The position numbers and the translations under genes are program-made. A stretch of 60,000 bases of DNA. Source: Laetmonice hystrix (lineage: Eukaryota). The stretch lies in contig OZ249436.1 in NCBI GenBank assembly GCA_965235115.1, positions 11,720,001 through 11,780,000 on the forward strand. The letters run 5' to 3'. Within the stretch, counting starts at the first letter, position 1; every line of letters begins with the position of its first letter. Shown here in pieces: positions 25,001 through 39,300 of the stretch. The notes under the pieces were generated by a model. It saw nothing but the letters and a program-made list of their open reading frames with translations. It did not search any database and was not told where the DNA came from.

Positions 25001-28000
25001 AAACATCTTTTTTTAGCTCCAAGATCTGGTATATGTCTTTCTCATTTCTGTTCTCTGTATGAGAAATACTCTCTTCATTAATGTTTGCTTCATGGCACAG
25101 CTAACTGCAGCATTTTATTTGGTAGATATTGTATGGACTGCTTCTAATTGATATGTTTCAGCTTTCCAACAAGACGCAGAACAGTGTCAAGAAGTGAAAG
25201 TATCACTATAAGTGCTTGAGCTACAAAACTTATGTTGAGGACTAATGGAGCGATTACTTTACAAAACAGATTTAACAGAAAGCCCCTACACAAAGTTTAA
25301 TCTCCCATCTATACGTGACACTCTATGTGTCCATAATAACTAACATTACTGTTGTATTTAGTACAATACAGCTACAATTCTACAAAATTACTAATATTTC
25401 TCTTAGGGGTAGAGTTAATCGGCCTGATCAATTTCTCTGGCATAGATATTGTTCAATAGATGGAAAACTTGCTCGATAGCTCATGCCGCCCCAAGATGAT
25501 GAATCCCTCGCAGAATGTGCCTTCTTTGATGCAGCAATATCCTAGAAAACTCAAACATATGGGTCAATTTGAAGCAGTCTTGGAGACACATTTTATGTAA
25601 ATCATTAATGGGTGCTAGTAAAATGCCATACTGGACATCACCATCACCGTCTATGTGAATCAGGCTCATGTCTGTGGGCAAACCCAACCATGCATACTTC
25701 TGTTCAGCCACTCTTAACCTTGGTATACACAGTCTGGGTTATCATTCTCCAAACCCAAAGCTGTAGCAGTAATAGGACTGGATGACATGTATACAACTCA
25801 GTCGGGGGCATCCTTAACGTCTTCCAAGAATTTGTTCAGGCCGTCTTACTTAAATATGATAATTTAAAAGGTTTGTAGTAGAATTCTATATTTTAATAAT
25901 ACATGAACGTTTATTTCATGTGGTGCTAAGATGAAATGACCATCAGGGATTAGGTCAAAAGGTTTAGGTTGTAAGGATGGTGAAAGTATCTATGGCCTTT
26001 TTACCCATCAGAAACCATCAAAGAATAGTTAAATGAAAAGGAGTTCTTTAAATTCCGTTTGACGATTCATTACAAGACCCTAGTCTACTGCAGTCTGGTT
26101 ATTTGATGCTTGAACAGTGCGAATGTTGAGACAGACTTTCCTGTTGGTATGATATTTTTATCTAAGTGCTAGTACCTTAAGCCTAACTGGTGTGGTGGAA
26201 CCATCTAGATTTTTAAGGAAGTGCCGAGCAGGAATTCCAGTTCCTCACACAAAAACCAAACAACCCTGAAAACTTCATGATGATCTGTATCAGTTTTGTG
26301 TTTGTTGTAGTTACTTATAGCGTTTCCTTTCGAACAGTACACCTACCTGGTATATGTTCATTCTATTACAATGGAGCTCTGTAAATCCTGCCCTCACTTC
26401 ACTTCAGTTTTTTTGTCCTAAATATAGTGCTATATGCATGTGTACCCAATAACCAAGTTGGTGCAAGCTATCATGTGTACATGAAACCAAGATGGACAGA
26501 CAGTCACAAAGAGACAGACTGATGATAAAACGAGAGCGTATTAACAGGTGCTCGTTTCTAACAGCTGTTTTCTTACCCCAAGAACAGAGAACAGAGACAG
26601 ACACAGTGACAGTTCCCTTAGTATATAGATGGACAAACTAGCAAATGCTGCAGTTTAAGTCTTCCAAACAGTGACAGCATAACTTGTGAACTGAAGGTTC
26701 GTGGTAGCTACAACACGTTTTTCACACATTACACAGTGCCTACATTGAGCAAACAATGTTCACTGAGAACCAATAACTTTTAAAGCTATCATACAACGTA
26801 TCCAAACACACATAAGTAAACATCAACTACCAGTAGTTATCAGACTGACTGGTTGAACTCCAAAGTATTCTTCTTTTTAACTTTAAAGACAGTTTAAGCT
26901 TGTTTAATTTTTAAAGATGAATTACATGTAAAAAAAAGTGAAAGGTAGTTCCTTTAGGTAAACTTTTATTATATTGATATTTAGTAACTTCAAAAAGCAA
27001 GAAAGTTCAGTTCCCATTTTGGCTACCGGGGGTCTCCTTGACGTTTTTACTGGTGTCTATATTAGTTCCAAATTAAATAAGTAAATAACAATGGAAAAAG
27101 GAAAGGACCATTACCCTTACTTTCCTCTTCACAGACATTGATGCAACATTGCTCAGCACAATGTACTGCACCTCTCTGAAAAAAAAACAAAAAAAACAAA
27201 CTTTTACTCCTCCACTTTTACACCACAACCCCATTCTGCGCGAGTTGTAATACGGTACTACTCATCACTAATCCAGGGCCCTAGCTAGCTTTCAAACCTG
27301 ATTAGCCAGTCATTTGGCCCAATCATTCTTTCATTAGCAAAAATTCAACCCAAGTAGCCAACATAATATGTCCTTGCTGGATGCGATATCTATGTACAAT
27401 TCCCTAAAACTATTGCAATTCTAAAAGTTTCTTTGCCAATTTAAGAAACTGATCTCTATTGGCAAATTGGTGACCAAATAGCAAGGGCCCTGCTAATCCA
27501 ACAACATATATATGGACAACAAAAACATGTCATATTAATGATTTTAATAAATAATGTTGCAGTACACCCTCACTATACACCTACTTGTGACCACGCAACA
27601 GTCTGACCAGAGCCTTTGCTACCAATCCGACCTCAGCTTTCGGGGCACAGTGGTGATAGAGCTGGGCCACGGCCATCACGACCTGTCATCATCAATGAGT
27701 AAAGTACTTAACACTGTGGTTTAACCTGATATCAGTCTGGTCTGTGCTTTATATAGAACTGGTCAAATAATCCTGAACTGTGTGGCAGTCTGTATGCATC
27801 AATGGTTTAATACAAGTATATAGTGAAGAAACAATGACATAATTATAATACAGTCCTACATTTAAAAAGACTCTAACTTGTAATGCATAGCCAGTGATTT
27901 CAACATGACAACATGAAAAACTACATACAGCAGCATTTCTGGAGTTAAGTAGTGGTTTGCAGGTACGTAACAGCAGCCGATGATCTGGGTCCATAACATA

Positions 28001-31000
28001 TGGCTTCTTCTTTGGAGCCTCTTCATCTTTCTCTTTTTCAGAGTCATCTGAGTCATAGAAGTTTTCAGCTACGTCCTCCCCCGTATTTTCCTGCAATGCA
28101 TGAAACAGGGATGGGAATATAAAACGTGCACACTGTTTTGTAAATAAACCCTGAAGAACGAGTCACAGTACAAATAACATAATACTTTCTTCTCCAGTGA
28201 AAACGCGAATTTATTTCAAGAGTTCCAGGACTTATGCTCAAACCAGAGTATCAAATACAAAGTACATGTAAAAAACCTCTGGCTTGTCACTGATGCACTT
28301 TGCAGATAATCCCTGAATTTAACATGTAAAAACACTAACCTCATCGTTGGGGTTGATGAACTGAGTGCGCGAGTAGCGAGTGAGCATGTTGATGATGACC
28401 ACCTGACCCCACTCCTCCACGTCCACCAATAAGTTACACAGTTTACGATAGTTCTTGTGAATGAGGTCAATTCGTTCAGGACACACCTCCTCAAAGGCCT
28501 GGATGGCACTACCTGCCACCAACTGCAACAAATCCATTACAACCATCAAAATATGCCTCATACATCATGACTTATCAATAAGTTCAAGTATTTCCTTCAT
28601 GCCGGCCTCCTTATACTCAGTGTATACAATTTCCAGCCTTTCATATGGCAGATCATAAAATATTCTCAATCTGGACTCATTTTTTCACGTTTTGATATTT
28701 GTAGCCTGGTGTTAGCATAAAATAATAGCAAAACCTGTGTACATGGTTGATCAGCGACCATATAAACCCACACTTACTGTTGTTTTGTCAGCAAGCAACT
28801 TCTCAATAACTTCAATCAAGATATCCTTCTGCTCAGGGTCCATACTGAAAAATTCAGAAAATATATATTCCTGTCCATTCCTTCCTCATCATGCTAATTC
28901 TGTATTTATTGCTGATGATATGACAGATGTTTAAAATCATCAGGTTGTGACTGGTCGACATACCTGTAGAGTTTGGGGATGGCATGAGCTGCTGTCTTCC
29001 TGACATAGGGAGACATATCCATGACGGCCTCCTTGATGGCCAACATCATGATGGGTACAATCATGGGCACTCGGATACTGGACAACACCCGCAGAGCACT
29101 GGCCCTGATCAACTGGTTAGGGTCCTGCAATACACACACAAAATATCCCCCCCCATTAGTCATGCTCTCTTTCTGACCAGTATTCAGGACAAATTACCTT
29201 TCTAATGCAGGTTTTCGATTATCCACATGTCATCATATAGCCTCGGCCAGTACGTAAAATTTTCTTGAAGCAGGAAACAAGAAACGAAGGGTAACTGGTC
29301 TTTGACCCTGCAGTATAGACACTGAATTAGTCATATTACAACCATTGCCATTGGTACTGCTGTATAGGACAGCACAACAATGTTGGATCTCCAAAAATTT
29401 GAAAAGACATGGAGCATAACAATTTGTAATCTGTGAAGTGGAGTAAATAATTTTATATTCTAGATAAATCTATTCATAGCTTACTGATGTCTACAACACC
29501 AGTGTTCTGGGTGTAACTTTTCCATGTATACTCAGAAAGCCGATAAATACAATTAAACTAATGTAATTCTAAATGTCTTCACACACTGGATGCTAAATTT
29601 GAAAACTAGTATTCTTAGTGAAATGCACAAAAAAAAAGTAACATGTATGTGCAAAACAGGAACTAGCTCCAGAGAAATAGAACCTATGAACCTTCATGAG
29701 TTCAATCAAAACAGACATCTTAAACTTCCAAGATGACATTCCAGAAAACAGGTTAAAATTAGCATTGAAAGATTGAGATTCATTAGGATTGACAAAAAAC
29801 AGTCAGTTGCTTGTTCTTTGAGTTTGAACTTTTCTTATTCACATGTGGAAATACTTGTAAAATACACCTCAGTAATCACATAAAATCAAATAAAACTAAA
29901 TACTGATGTATCTGCAGATGATGGGGCTCTAGCATACATGTACCAGCACTTGTCTAATATATCTGACTGAAGTGCCAAACATCCCAATGTTAACAGCAAA
30001 TTGTTATGGCATAAGAACTCATTAGAGTAAAGAACAATTGCCCAAATGGTTCCATATTATAGTGAATGCCCAGTTTTTCCTACACCTAATGATAGTGTAG
30101 ATACAACATAGTGCTGGCCTTAGTCAAATTTCAGGAAAACTACAGGAAAATCCAAGAGTATTTTGTTAACTCATATCAAATGATAGAAATGGCATCGCTG
30201 GGTATTCACTCTAAGACATGAGAAATCCATGGAACTACACACCATTCCTAGCCAGGGAACCAGCAATAGCAAACGAAAGAAAATTACAAACAAGATCCTG
30301 TTGATCACGAATGACCACACCAAATAGAGAACGCAATGTATAGCATATTCCTAATGGAGAATGCAATCTTTAATCATCAATATGACACAATGGAAACATC
30401 TAGAGGAAAACAAGCCTGAGGCATGCTATAATCAAACTCTGCTCATCTTGACAACAATGCTCCAAATCCCAGGGACTCGATAACTTTTCTCCAATTCTTT
30501 ACTTGGACAACTGGACAGATACAGTGATCCGGATCCCTATGCACACAAAACATCATCCAAATATAACACAAGGTTTCCTGACCGCCTTCCACCTTTACTT
30601 GTTACAAGGGTACTTGCTGGTAGTTTGAAACTCGGCAGTGCATGTCAATACTGCCCTGGGTAGAATAAAAGTTGTACTGGAAAATAGTACATCTGCCTGC
30701 AATGTTTCCCACAACATTCATAGTCCTGCCACCATCCACTCCCAAACGACACGCAACTGGTCAGCTCTGTTTTATCCATTCAGTCCACCAACACCAGGGG
30801 GGCCCCCAACTCTACTAGTCCCATGGACAACCAGATGATCATTTCTACTTGTCTGGGCAGTAAACTTAGTTGACCACAGCACATGAAGTTGATAAACAGT
30901 AAAAAATCAGACATGTCCGGCAAGCAGGGCTACCGGTACACCTGTTATTACTTGTCCGGATGTAATCTCAACTTGTCCCGGACTGCCGGATGGGTGATTT

Positions 31001-34000
31001 AGACCAGCCTGAACACAATGAAGACCTTGAACTCAGCCAACAAGTATCAACTGCTCTCAGTCTCAACAATCTCAAACTTTTATTGATGTTCTCTAAGGTT
31101 TTAGCTATAATTGACATTTTTATGGATGCTTAAAATTCGCCAATACATTACTTTTCATGGGAAATTATTAGAATACATCAACAATTTGTATGGACTGATT
31201 GAAGGATGAAATTTCAATGAAACTTTAGATACTAACCAAAATATCCCTGTAAAAAGTCACTTCTATTTATAGACTACTTTTTAAAAAGAGAGTACAATTT
31301 AACCTGTTTTTCATCCTGTGGTGTGTAAAAGACAGAGTAGCAATAATTGCTAAGATGACGAAATGGATAAGACACTAAGAAAGGATAGGAATCACGAGAG
31401 ATATGTACACATATAATACTGATTCCTCCTGAATTTTCTCATTGTTTGAGAATTCTGAATTGTAAACAAAACGGGCTGGAATCACACAAATCCAGTCACA
31501 CGTAAAATTTCCCCTTTGCAACAAGTACTCTGGGCTGTTGGACTGACTGGCATACAGTGACCAAACCATAGCCCCCGAGGATGGCAGCATACATACGAAC
31601 CTTGAGGATGCCTCCTGCCCCGTCTATGGCTCTATTACTACAATCCTGGGTGCAGCAAGCACAATGATGTCATGTTGGGTACCAAGGCACAAGAAACTCT
31701 TAGAGATTTTGAATTCTTAAAACTCATGTATGCAATAAACTTATGCATCAAAATCAAATCAGACTGCAAGGAATTCTAAGACATGACCATATTTAAGAAA
31801 AAAAAAGATGCAAATGTACATTTTCCCCCCCAACAGTAGATAGGTGTGCCCATTTTGCCTATTCTGATAATACAAAAATATATTGATTTTAACATGAACA
31901 AATAAATGCTACCCTAACAAGGTGGCCTCTAATTTTTAGAATTCATATTGTGACATTGACAACACTACCGGTACTTGCATTCCTGATAGGATCAGTGGGG
32001 TTGAGGTTGGCCTTCAAGAATTATTTCTCCAGAATCCAAATAAATCTATATGACCTCAAAACATTTTGTTTCCACTTTGATCTCAGATGGAAACTATTAC
32101 ATTTACATTGCATTCTGCTGCCACCACAGCATCATGGGTTAAAGCCTTAGTAATCAACCATCACATTCTTCATTGGAATACATTGTATATGCACCGAATC
32201 TCACTAAAAGTACTTTGGCATGGAAATAAAAAAAATGAATGAATTAATTAGATTTTTTTTTCTGAGTTCAATGAAACAAACTATCTTTTTAAGCTGGCCT
32301 CACTATCACAGCAGGGGCAATCTGTGCTGAATTGAAGCTTCTCACCTTGAGAGCCCTTTGGAAGGTGGAAATGGACAGAAGGGCAAGGTCCTGCTGCTCC
32401 TCAGCGTATCTGGTCAGGTAGACGTACACTAGTTTTTTCACCTGCAAATATTGACTAACATTAGTAACAGTTCCATCAATAACACCCTGCTCACTTGTAT
32501 CCAAAACATTGCAATATAAATTTCTATGGTTTATTTAAATTATTTTGCATATCAATATTCCTTGAAACAATTCAAAGTACTTAACCTGATACTGTCATAT
32601 ACTGCATCATATTGTCCCAGTACTAATTTCTAAAGTCAAAATGTACACTTGCAGACCCTTCACCTAAAAATTGCTATAATTTAGTATAAATTAGCACTCT
32701 CAAAATAAATTATGTCCCATGAGCAAATTATATGCTTGCAACCATAATGAGCAAGGACTTCACAGTGGGCACAGTTGTATCATTTGATTCATCCGTACAG
32801 TTTGTTTCACTAAGATGGTCCTCAATTCACATTCAACATCCATTTTCAAGAAAGTATGATACATTTTCAATTTTGTACATGAATACTCAAAATATGTCCC
32901 ATGAGCAAATTATATGCTTGCAACCATAATGAGCAAGGACTTCACAGTGGGCACAATTGTATCCTTTGATTCATCTGTACAGTTTGTTTCACTAAGATGG
33001 TCCTCAATTCACATTCAACATCCATTTTCAAAAAAGTATGATACATTTTCAATTTTGTACATGAATACTTGAATTATCAGTAAACTGGTCTTTGTTGTTC
33101 CCACATGCTAGCGACCAACGGATCAAAAGGAAATAAGTGCTTACGATACCAGGAACCTGCTGGTGTTGATACCAGCCACAGTAATGGATGCAGTGGAACA
33201 GAATCCTCCATTACATCCCTTTCTACACTTCAGCTACAGCTAGGGTCATTCTGTTTCCATGGTGATTAGAGCCAAAATACGTGGGGAAACCACTGACCTG
33301 GCAGCTATTAACTGGCAAACATCATAATGCAAAAAGGGGACTCAAGCTCAAGCTCAGCAGTGACAGGCCTTGTAATAAGTAGCCAGAGTTTTAAAGACCA
33401 TTGCTTTAGACCATATATTGGTCGAACAAGGATCCACCAGCAGCATTCAAGTTATAAATTACTACAGCGTACACCCAATATTATAAGCCCAACCATTTGC
33501 ACAGCAGACATACTCATGTGGGTGTATTGTTAGACCACCCATTTCAGCAGCATTTATCATTTAGCCTCGAGCATGTTCAAACTTAACTGTATGGTCTGTG
33601 CAGCACAGGCTATGATGTGCAGCACAAGCAATTCGATTTTTGACCAACTTATCCTCCCCCCCCCCTTTAAAAAACCCCAACACAAACAGTTCCTTAGTTT
33701 TAGAGGGAATATTAAAAAGTGCTACATACCTCTATGTTCTTTGAAACAACATTTTTCACCACTGCAGGAAAAAGGTCGGAGGCATCTTTTCCTTTAGCAA
33801 CCATCTGAATAAACATAATGGATTTTGTTCATAATTGTACCAGCAATTATAATCACATATTTTATTGAATTACTGCTGGAATTGCATAAAAAGTCAATTA
33901 GTTTATTTGTTTATTGACACCAATTGCTGATAAAGATAAAAGTTTACTTTTTGACATCTTTCTGATAACATCATTCACTCACTCCAATAATCCGCTTCAT

Positions 34001-35911
34001 AGCCTCCAGCTTCAAGTTGTCTTTGTTGCTGTCCAGCATAGATTTGAGGTCTTCATGTCTGGAAGAATATTCAATGACAATTAAAGTCCAGCATTGATTT
34101 GAGGTCTTCGTGTCTGGCAGAATATTTATTGACAATTAACGTATCACTGCCTGGGTACATGCTGAAGCACTGGCACTGAGGAAAATGTAATCTTGATAAC
34201 AGCAGAGTGTAATCTATGCAGAAAATTTAAACTGTTGCCTGATCACAATGCACCTACTTTTCCTATTTATCCCCATGCCACCAAAAAAAGTATTATAAAT
34301 AGCATGGAGAGAGGCCTTCAGCACCAGGGGCCTGACCTAATCATTAAAGGCTAATGGTCCTCTTCTTGGCCCCTTAAATATTCCTGGATCCACCCCTGGA
34401 TGAGGACTCACACTACTAATTTGACACCCTTGAAAAATCCTGGCCAGTTAACTGGAAAAGGCATTCTTCCCTATCATTTACTGGCAATAACTTTCATTGG
34501 GGTGGGGTAGAGGGTTGTCAACAGCAGAGGGACCAGGGGTCGCAAGATCCACTCGTCTGCTTGCCTCTAGAGACAAGTGCAAACAATGTCTGAGCGAGTA
34601 CAAAGACAATGGCGACTAACATTTTAGGGCTAGTTTGATTAACTTAATTATAAGGATAAGCAGAAAGTTCTTACGAACTACTGCAGTTTGCATGATAACT
34701 GGTCCCGTGGGCGAATGGGGTTGTCAAACATCTAGCGACCATTGAGGGATCCTATTGATAGGGGCAGGAACACAGTGCTGTTCTAACCAAAGGGGCAGGG
34801 CAGTGTCAAAAAGGGCAGGGCACTGTCCACTGAAATTTTTCAACAGGGGAGCCACTGATCTAGGAATTTCGTAATATGTAATTCTGTTCCATCTCAGAAG
34901 ATGTGTGTAAGAGGTGATATGGGTCCATTGTCTTGTTTTACTTCAGAACATTCTGAAATTTAACTGGGTTAAGTCTGATAAATTTTATATGTTTAGCTGA
35001 CAATAGCTAAATAAGATTGTCTTAGTTTAACTAATTACAGAATTGAAACAAATCGCTTGGGTTAGGGTTAGTTTCATTTTTGTCTCAAATTGAGTGTTAA
35101 TTAGGTGTTAATTGGATTGACGGTTATTCAGCCATAAAGCATAACATCCAATAGGATTGAAGCTTAATTATCACATGACCCTGCCAATTACCAGCTAAAT
35201 ATACAGTGCCTAAATTTTATACATTGTCAACTGCAATTTTTTTTATAAACTTGAAGTTAAATATATTTAATTTAAATAACAATTATTCATTTTAAAAATA
35301 GAGCTTAATTATTAATTATCAATGTGAAATTAGTGTGAAGATATGCAGCCAGTGTTCTGCAGGAAATAAATTGGGGGGGGGGGGGGGGGGCATGCCCGCC
35401 ATAAGGCAGGGCCTGGGGGTCCTCCTTCAAAAATTCTATTTTCTGGAATGATGGAGACTCTCACTCTCAGAGCAAAAACCTCTCCCAAATCTAGTTAGGC
35501 TACTATCTACCAATAAAATTCCATCATTTTTAATTGCTATTTAAAAATAGTTTCTCTGCAGTTTGATGGGTTGGATCCCTCTCCCCCCCCCCCCCCCTGC
35601 CCTGGCCTTGTCCAAGTTATGCAGGTCCCCTTCTCTCCCCCCCCCCCCCGGCCCGACCGTCCGACCTGTAGATCCCCAACCTGGCACAAGTCTGACAAGA
35701 CAAGTACCGTACAACGTGTCACAAGGCAATCAGGTCAGTCGGTGTCAAAATCAAAGGCTCGGTCTTGGATCTGCTGGTGCACTTACTTTTTGTAGTCGTT
35801 CGTGAAGAAACTGCTACTCGCCGGATCAGTGGCTAAATCAGCTTCCCCACTTCCCGTAGAGGACGGGGGTCGCTCATTGGCATAGGAGATTTGAAACCCG
35901 TTGCTCGCCAT
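19062..35911 (-). CDS. AP3B1: AP-3 complex subunit beta (AP3B1/AP3B2 pro-ortholog), 22 exons, ~1080 aa
   Basis: Exons 35911-35787, 34058-33983, 33804-33730, 32441-32346, 29124-28964, 28844-28778, 28522-28340, 28090-27929, 27682-27585, 27175-27121, 24592-24521, 24275-24213, 24065-23933, 22946-22726, 22503-22251, 21410-21204, 21028-20736, 20546-20456, 20339-20236, 20058-19870, 19722-19497, 19354-19062. Total 3243 nt, all phases consistent. Adaptin N-terminal motifs ([43 protein letters not shown]), acidic Ser/Glu hinge, clathrin box LLDLD, C-terminal ear. Confidence 0.97.
22925..23722. repeat. 79 bp minisatellite, 10 copies, containing the AP3B exon 14 splice acceptor
   Basis: Period 79 (first unit 77); each unit carries TTCCTTGTGTTTCTGACAG|AGGCCGT on the minus strand. 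Confidence 0.97.
27274..27492. mobile_element. MITE with CAGGG termini and 6-bp TSD
   Basis: CTAATC|CAGGGCCCTAGCTA ... TAGCAAGGGCCCTG|CTAATC. Confidence 0.75.
32705..33069. repeat. 182 bp tandem duplication in AP3B intron 3
   Basis: TATGTCCCATGAGCAAATT... at 32711 and 32893, near identical. Confidence 0.9.
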
Positions 35912-36370
35912 TCTGACCGTGCCTTGCAGCGGACAGTGATAAGAAATTCACGCCGACACAAACACAATCTGGTGCTTGGTAGTCGGCTTCCGTCCAAGAT
36001 GGCGATGTAAAGGAAGTCATGTGACACGATTCATGAATATTCATATTTTATTGAACTGGGCTTATTTGATGGAATCTCTATCATGTCATTGCACATGAGC
36101 AATTCTGTAGAAATATTTGTAGGGGGTGAGTGTGTAGATCAGTACCGCATGGCTATACCTTGTTTCTGTTAGGTTTTGCTCAAATTGACAGGTGCTTGTG
36201 ACGTCAACGTAAATGACATCACAAAACGTGCACATGCGCACACGTATACAATCCGTCGGCCATTTTATTCTCAGAGACGGAAGCACATCTGGAAGGATCA
36301 CAGAAATTTTATGTTGATTTGACGTTTTGATCAGTTCGGGTGACACTTCTAAGAGACATAAACCGGCGAG
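35912..36370. promoter_or_regulatory. Bidirectional promoter shared by AP3B and SCAMP
   Basis: Divergent ATGs at 35911 (-) and 36371 (+). Contains YY1-like CAAGATGGCG (35995-36004) and CGGCCATTTT (~36257), E-box GTCATGTGAC (36016-36025), CRE TGACGTCA (36199-36206) and an ETS-like CGGAAG. Confidence 0.8.
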
Positions 36371-39300
36371 ATGTCAGACTTCGATAGCAATCCGTTCGCT
36401 GATCCCGAAGGAGCCAACCCTTTCGCGGTGAGTGCTCTAATCACTTCATTGACCCCCCACCTGCCTGCCAAAACATCCCCGGTGTCGACGATCACAAGAC
36501 CCGCCTCTCGTCTGAGGCTCTGTCCCTGTACCGTAGTGTACGTCTGATGACGGTGTGGGCACACTGTGTTTAGCTTCTCGGACGAGTGAGTCATTCAGTG
36601 AGAATAGCGATGTAGTCGTAGGATAATTCAACTACTATGAATCCCTAGGTTATTATAATATTAATATTTTAAGTGCGTGTTCAGTTGTGTTTGGGACGTG
36701 GACGTAGCATTATTCCAGACTTTCTCATTTCTGTTTGTGTGTTATTGTTATGTTAGGCCTAGACGGAGTATCGTCCCCAGTGTAGGGACGGACAGCGTTA
36801 GCGCGAAAAACCCTACCTCCGATGTCAATCACTCGCTGTGCAAAATCCATCGTAACTACTGCCAGTTGAGGTGTCAATTCTAACGCAGCCCATCTTCTGT
36901 TCCTCTGCTGCACACTTTTCCGAGGATTTTTGCCCAAAGTTTTAATAAATCAGACTTCCGAAATTCCGAATCGCGCTGGTTCACTGCCGTTAACCGCCAT
37001 ACTGTTCTACTGCGCATGTTCAAAACACGCACACTGGCGACCAGCAGGGGAGCATTTATTATTCTAGACCAAACAGCAATTCCTCCATTATGGCGCCAAA
37101 CTAATAGCCAACGTCTGAAATGACTGCTCCCTTCCTGAGCTTGACCCCGGATGTGGGTTTACAGAAATGGCGCCGGTTGTAAAGTGGTCACTTGGTTTGG
37201 AAAATTGGCCGAATCTGTTGCTTAGAGGAACACCAAGTAAGTTCATTGGGCTCAGTAGCTGAAGGTAAAGGCAATCTTTTATTTGAAGTGATGGAAGAGG
37301 TGATGGCGCACATTCATTTTGCGGGTTGAACGTTTGGTCTCGTAGCCCGTTCGCTAGAGGATAGGCCGTGTATACACACGGCCTATGTTAGAGGCTATGT
37401 TAGGCCTAGAATAGATAGATGTATTGAGTTAACTTGAGTTATGTCACTTATGACATCCGCTGTACTCTCTCCACTCTAGATCTGGTTATAATGTTTAGCA
37501 ATGCCAAGCCATTTATAAAAGTCATTGTATATTGTTATTCTGCTCAGCCATCTACCTGGTGTGGCATACTGTGTAGCTTCCGCCGTACTGTACATTCCGC
37601 TCGGACATCTACCCGGTTTCGCGGTCTGTTTTCTCCGCCGGTCTGTAATTTCCGGGTGCATGGTTTCCTATTGTTTAGAGGCAGACCCAGACGGGGTGAG
37701 CACTTTGGCCTCACACCTCCGGTCGTCTGCTAGCTGATGGGCGGTGCCGGTGGACAAGGCTTCTTTAACTGGCATAAATCCAGCTAGTTTGACCATAGTT
37801 TGCAATTTTTGGACACAGAACACGTAGGCCCTTTACTTAGGCCTAGAAATGTTTAGATTGGGCTTGATAAAATAGGTACACAATCGTTTATAGTACGATT
37901 GCTCGGCGCTCGACAAGTCACGGCTAGAGAGACCGGCTGCCCAACTGCACTGTCGCGGCTATCGGCGCGTACAAGTCCCGGTCAGTGACAGCTCCCAGCC
38001 GGGAAGGTGCCTGAGCCGAATGTACAGTACAGCGGAAGCTACAGTATGCCACACCAGCTTGGACATGTGCTTGCCATCTGGAATTTACAGGAGAGTTATT
38101 AATTTACCACTCTTTTACTTCGCTTTACGGGAGCTATTAGCTCTTCTGAAAAATGGAAGCTAACTCAATGATACGCATGCATCTCAGTCTGACGTTATGC
38201 TCATCCAACACGCAACGAACTGTCCCTTTTGATTGGCCTTGCATTGTGCCCTGTGCTGGGTAGGGGAGGCAGCGAGCAGCAGCATGAATATTGGTTGTGT
38301 ATTATGACGGTCATCGGGAGGGGGCTAAGTGAGGTCAACGGGCCAGGGAGGGGAGGGGACCGTCGCCGGGAGGGCAGTCATCGGGAGGCGGCATGGGGCC
38401 TAGGTTGGCCTCCCTTGCATACCTTGCGTGGCTCTAACCTCTGGCAACCATACCGTGAGGCCAGCAAGAATGATTCGTGCCTATGTTGGATGTAGTAGTA
38501 AGTAGAGCTGGTAAAATGAGAGAGAAATTAAAAATTGCTTGGATATGCTGGTGGGAGAGAATGAAAGCTCTCGTAACTTTGAATTTACCGGCGCAGGAGC
38601 GATCGTACCCATCAAACGGCCAGCACTGGGACATGGCCTTTGGAAAAAAGCTAAAGGTTCATGAATTGAAATGTCCAGGAATTTTGGCAGATATCATGGG
38701 AACCATGTTTATATGTTGTAAGATCAAATGTTTCAAAACTGGCAAGTTATTTATTTTACACGGCTGAAAAGATTGTAATTTCTTTACTTCAGGACCCTTC
38801 TGTGCGACAAGCCACACAACCAGGGCAACAGCGCACACCAGGCCTTGATGACTATAACCCATTTGCTGACCAAAACCAGACTGCATCAAAGGTGAAGCAC
38901 GTAACAAAGTTTCACTGTGAAAGGAACTTAAGGATTTTATCACCACTGTTTTGGTGACTTTCAAAAGAACTAAATTTACTTAACACATGTTTCCAATATT
39001 ATGGAAAATGAGCCAAGAAAAGGTTTATTGCTCTAGTTCAATATTCAACAAATCTCTGATATTACGTCTTGAGTCAACTTGGATTAGTGGGTTCAAATTG
39101 TTTATTATTATCACTGTGTAAATGAAGTATACCATACATTTGTATAGAAACACGTATGGCTATTCTCTCTGGATGGTGTAGATAGCACGATGGTAAGATA
39201 TTGGTCTGTCGGTGTCACTTGAAATGGTTCAGTTTTTGGTGTTCTCTGCAGCCCAGCTATGCGGCCAGCCAGCCGGCGCCAGTGCAGGCTGCCCCACCTC

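Noticed and set aside
35787..35911. Apparent frameshift in AP3B exon 1
   Set aside because: With five C's (CGA CCC CCG) the frame is continuous: [26 protein letters not shown].
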